Positions 60,809 to 64,000 of a stretch of DNA of 64,000 nucleotides are shown piece after piece; the first letter of the stretch is position 1, and each line of letters begins with the position of its first letter. The notes below the pieces were generated by a model. It made no database searches. It was given only the letters and a program-made list of their open reading frames with translations, and was not told the DNA's origin. The DNA comes from an uncultured Bacteroidales bacterium. GTDB lineage: Bacteria; Bacteroidota; Bacteroidia; Bacteroidales; Bacteroidaceae. The stretch lies in contig CALZJF010000002.1 in the NCBI GenBank assembly GCA_945787885.1, forward strand, positions 33,264 through 97,263, given 5' to 3'. Made by a program: the position numbers and the translations under genes.

Positions 60809-62788
60809 TTAATCCCAATCCAGGGAGGCATTGCCATTGCCTGTGGTTTCGTCCCACGCCTTGACGAGGGCTCTGAAAGTGATGGCTTCCTTGGTCAGAT
60901 GAATGGTATATTTGTAGTGCTGACCGCGCTGCCACGCGGTGATGGGGCTGGAGGAGCCGTCCTGGCAGGTGTTGAGCTGAAGTTTGTAGGTCGTGCCGTC
61001 CGCCAGGGTGATGAGGAGGGAGGCATCGGGAAGCGTTTGGGGAACGACGCAGTATTCATCGAGGGCTGCTTCACTGCCTACTTTATAATTGGCAGGGCGG
61101 AAGCCGGAGATAAGAGTCGGTTTGACGGCGGCAGCCTCAAAACTGATATTGCCCGTCAGCATATCCAAGGTTCCTGCGTCAGAGAGATTCGTGATGGAGA
61201 TACGCGCGCCTGCCAGTGCGACGGCATCAGCACCCTCGGAAGTGGTCAGATTGACCGTCACCTTGCTCATGACGTGCTCGAAATGCAGGGGGACATCGCC
61301 CGTGCGAGGGGTCAGCCGTACCTCTTCCGCCGTTCCTACCTTCGCCTTGTCAGCATCAGCGTCGCAAGCGTAGCCCCAAAGCACGTCGGATCCTTGCAGC
61401 ATGGCAGTAGTGGCTGATGTGGGAGAGAGGGCGCGGAAATATGAGGCATCAGACTGGCCGGCCCAGTAGATGGCGGGATCGTAGTTCCAATCGGGGTCAG
61501 CCCATGTCAGGGTTGTGCTTTTCGTGTCGAAACTCTGCGTGTTGCTCTTATAGATGTCTAATCCTTCGGCCCGCAGCTGTTCGTCGATGCTGCCCTTAGC
61601 CGTAATGTCAGGGTTGAACTGTATGATGCCTGTGCCGGAAGCCTCAACGACTGTCCAATCTTTCAGCGTGGCAGAAACACTGACCCCTGCCTTGCTGACG
61701 CTGACGTTCAGGACATAGTTGTAGCCCGGCTGCATTTTGCCACCTTGCAGCCCCTTGCCCCAGCTACCATCCTCAAGCAGCCCGCTCGTGACCTTCACTT
61801 CGTAGTCATTGTTCTCCACATTGGATATTTTCAGGAGTGCATGGCCCTCAGTGAGGAGCGTCTGGGGAACGACGATGGCCTGGAAGGTAGAGGCGTTTTT
61901 ATACATCTTCACTGTGCCAACGTCATAGCCGGGGGTTGATTCCGCTTCCGCTATTTTCAGCGTAGGCGCAAGGGTCTTGCATCGGCGGTTCATGCCTTGC
62001 AGCTCCACGGTGGTAGCACTGAGGGCATCGTTGCCAAAGCCATCCGCAGCCTCGACGTTCACCGTCACCATACTCATGGCATGGGTGTAGGGGAGCATCA
62101 GTGTGCCGTGACTGCTGCTTGCGCTCGTACCATGAACGTAGCTGACGGGAGTCTGCTCCGCGCTCCAGAGGAGGTCGGCATGGCGGAAGTCGGCCGCTTC
62201 GGTCTGGTCGTAGGGGATGCGCCATTCCAAGGTGCCGTCTGCCGCGACGAAATTGCTGGCGAATCGATGTCCGCCGTTGTAGCAATAGCCGTAGTAGCTT
62301 TGCAGATAGTGGTTGTCCGTGGCGATATGGGTAGCATCGCCTTTGCCGCCTGCGCTGAAATCATCCCAAAAAAGGGTGGGCATAGCGGTCAGATCGGAGG
62401 TCTGCATGGTGTTGGCAGGGGTAAGCCCAAGGGCTGCACCCGTGCCAATGGGGGTGATATCGCCGTCACCGCTGTATGCGACATTGTTGCCTGAGCCTTT
62501 TATGAAGCGCACTAACTTGGGGCTATTCTGCACATTGACCACGTTTCGCTCTGCCGCTCCACCCTCCCACGTGACATGGCGAAGATAAGCCCACAGCGTA
62601 TCGCCCTGCGCAAAATCCTTCCCCGTGGCCCTGACAGCAGGAGCCGAACGATCCAGCAGGGCTGCCACCTGCACGGGGGTCTTCGTCTCACCGTTGAGGT
62701 AAGGCGTTTCCCATTCAGCTTTGTCAGTGCAGCCCATCAGCACTGCGGTGAGGAGGAGGAGGTATAGAAGGTGTTTCGTCATGGTCAT
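60809..62788 (-). CDS. Type V pilin with two tandem Mfa-like domains
   Basis: Lipobox VLMG-C, AVRAT, HAMSMVTVNV and HVMSKVTVNL, strands ATLKDW (internal) and LVKAW (terminal). Confidence 0.78.
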   Translation of the reverse strand: MTMTKHLLYLLLLTAVLMGCTDKAEWETPYLNGETKTPVQVAALLDRSAPAVRATGKDFAQGDTLWAYLRHVTWEGGAAERNVVNVQNSPKLVRFIKGSGNNVAYSGDGDITPIGTGAALGLTPANTMQTSDLTAMPTLFWDDFSAGGKGDATHIATDNHYLQSYYGYCYNGGHRFASNFVAADGTLEWRIPYDQTEAADFRHADLLWSAEQTPVSYVHGTSASSSHGTLMLPYTHAMSMVTVNVEAADGFGNDALSATTVELQGMNRRCKTLAPTLKIAEAESTPGYDVGTVKMYKNASTFQAIVVPQTLLTEGHALLKISNVENNDYEVKVTSGLLEDGSWGKGLQGGKMQPGYNYVLNVSVSKAGVSVSATLKDWTVVEASGTGIIQFNPDITAKGSIDEQLRAEGLDIYKSNTQSFDTKSTTLTWADPDWNYDPAIYWAGQSDASYFRALSPTSATTAMLQGSDVLWGYACDADADKAKVGTAEEVRLTPRTGDVPLHFEHVMSKVTVNLTTSEGADAVALAGARISITNLSDAGTLDMLTGNISFEAAAVKPTLISGFRPANYKVGSEAALDEYCVVPQTLPDASLLITLADGTTYKLQLNTCQDGSSSPITAWQRGQHYKYTIHLTKEAITFRALVKAWDETTGNGNASLDWD

Positions 62789-62925
62789 GTGGGGGTGTTT
62801 GTTTCAGGGATATTGACATCGAGCGTCAATGCTGCCGAGAGGTCGTTGAGGAGGAAGTATTGCCCGCGCTGGAGTTCCTGCGATTGGCTCATGCACCGAT
62901 GGCGAGGCCATGCGCAGTCATGAGG

Positions 62926-64000
62926 CTACATCCAAATGTCTTCGCTGCCCGTCACGTCCGTCCAATCCTTCAGGGTGGCACTGACCTTGATGCCCGTCTT
63001 GGTGATGTTCAGCGTATAGATATAGCGTTTGCCAGGCTCCCACGCGGTGATGGTCTTGCCATCGACCTTGATATTCTTGATACCCAGCACCGTCTCATAG
63101 ACATCCGTATTCGTGCCGTCGCCTATGGTAATGCGGAACTTCAGGTCGTCGTCTGCGGCGTTCGTCAGACTCTGTGGGACAACGGCATTGCGGTAGTTGG
63201 CATGCTGATTCGTAAGAGCGCCGTCGATGCCATTATCGTTTGTCATCTCGAAATCCGCTGTTGTCTTGCCCGTGAAGTCAGACGTTCCATCGGCAAACTT
63301 AATCATGCCTTCCGTGTAGCCATTGATGATTTTCACCTTGGTATGTTCGTTGATGGAAATGCCATTGGCAAGGGGGTTGCCCGAAGCGTCTGTGCTCGTT
63401 GTGAGTTTAACGATTACCTGCGCCATGGCATACTGGAAGTTCATGTGCAGCAGACCTTCGTCGGCGTGGCTACTGCCATCGGGGGCATCGGTAGCGCAGA
63501 TACCTTCTGTGTTATGCCCATTCTTGCAAGTCTCATCGGGCGTTCCGTCAGCCTTGCGAGGCATTCCGAGCATCAGGCACGAGGGGTACGTGTTTGCTGA
63601 ATAGTCGCAATTTTCGACCGCAATGCCAGTTGCCGACACATCTGCTGCGGCAGGACCTCCCGTCTCCCCAACCTGCGGCCAGACTCCACGGAAGAAATAG
63701 TGCGTCTGATGGTCGGGCCAATAGAGCTGCGGGGTCATGGTGTATTTGCTGTCAGCATAACTCATCTGAGCCTTATCTTCGCCGCCATTATAAGGCCCTG
63801 CCGTCTTATTTGTGCTGCGATAGAGGGTAAAGTCTTTCGTAAAGTTTTCCAATCCATTAGTCTCCGTCACCACTTGTCCGTAGCACTTTCCGAAATTGAT
63901 GATAGGCGTTTCGTTCGCAGCCGTCACCGTGTCCCAGTCCTTAATGGTTGCCGTGACATCGACGCCAGTTTTATTGACGGTGACATTCAGCACATAGTTC
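62926..64000 (-). CDS. Multi-domain type V pilin; 5' part lies beyond the window edge
   Basis: Internal ATIKDW, MNFQYAMAQVIVKL, terminal WEPGKRYIYTLNI..ATLKDW. Confidence 0.75.
   Translation of the reverse strand, partial: NYVLNVTVNKTGVDVTATIKDWDTVTAANETPIINFGKCYGQVVTETNGLENFTKDFTLYRSTNKTAGPYNGGEDKAQMSYADSKYTMTPQLYWPDHQTHYFFRGVWPQVGETGGPAAADVSATGIAVENCDYSANTYPSCLMLGMPRKADGTPDETCKNGHNTEGICATDAPDGSSHADEGLLHMNFQYAMAQVIVKLTTSTDASGNPLANGISINEHTKVKIINGYTEGMIKFADGTSDFTGKTTADFEMTNDNGIDGALTNQHANYRNAVVPQSLTNAADDDLKFRITIGDGTNTDVYETVLGIKNIKVDGKTITAWEPGKRYIYTLNITKTGIKVSATLKDWTDVTGSEDIWM

Noticed and set aside
47012-64000. DGR or shufflon diversification of the pilin tips
   Set aside because: No reverse transcriptase, recombinase, TR/VR pair or repeated crossover sites are visible in this window.

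Overview
Bacteroidales (Prevotellaceae-like) chromosomal window. The taxonomy is inferred from TAnnTTTG promoters, T9SS cargo proteins and lipoprotein pilins. Housekeeping genes: secDF (cut by the window edge), metG, kbl/tdh, asnB, a POT transporter, uvrA, tRNA-Leu(TAG), a U32 protein, ribF, fabI, GH20, hisS, dusB and recX. Two accessory surface loci stand out. One is a putative extracellular nucleic-acid scavenging locus at 29139-37933 (EEP nuclease, TonB-dependent receptor, two lipoproteins, and a DNA/RNA non-specific endonuclease). The other is a >17 kb run of eight type V (Mfa/Fim-like) pilin lipoprotein genes at 47012-64000. Intergenic DNA carries several repeat families: a MITE with GGTAGG...CCTACC ends and 4-bp TSDs (6 copies plus relatives, one interrupting an AAA-ATPase pseudogene), two 107-bp-period REP/BIME-like arrays, and 21-22-bp periodic arrays. 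Also present are a candidate terminator/antiterminator leader upstream of tdh and two orphan phage-lysis-type genes (GH108 and DUF6549-like). All calls come from reading the sequence; no database searches were run.
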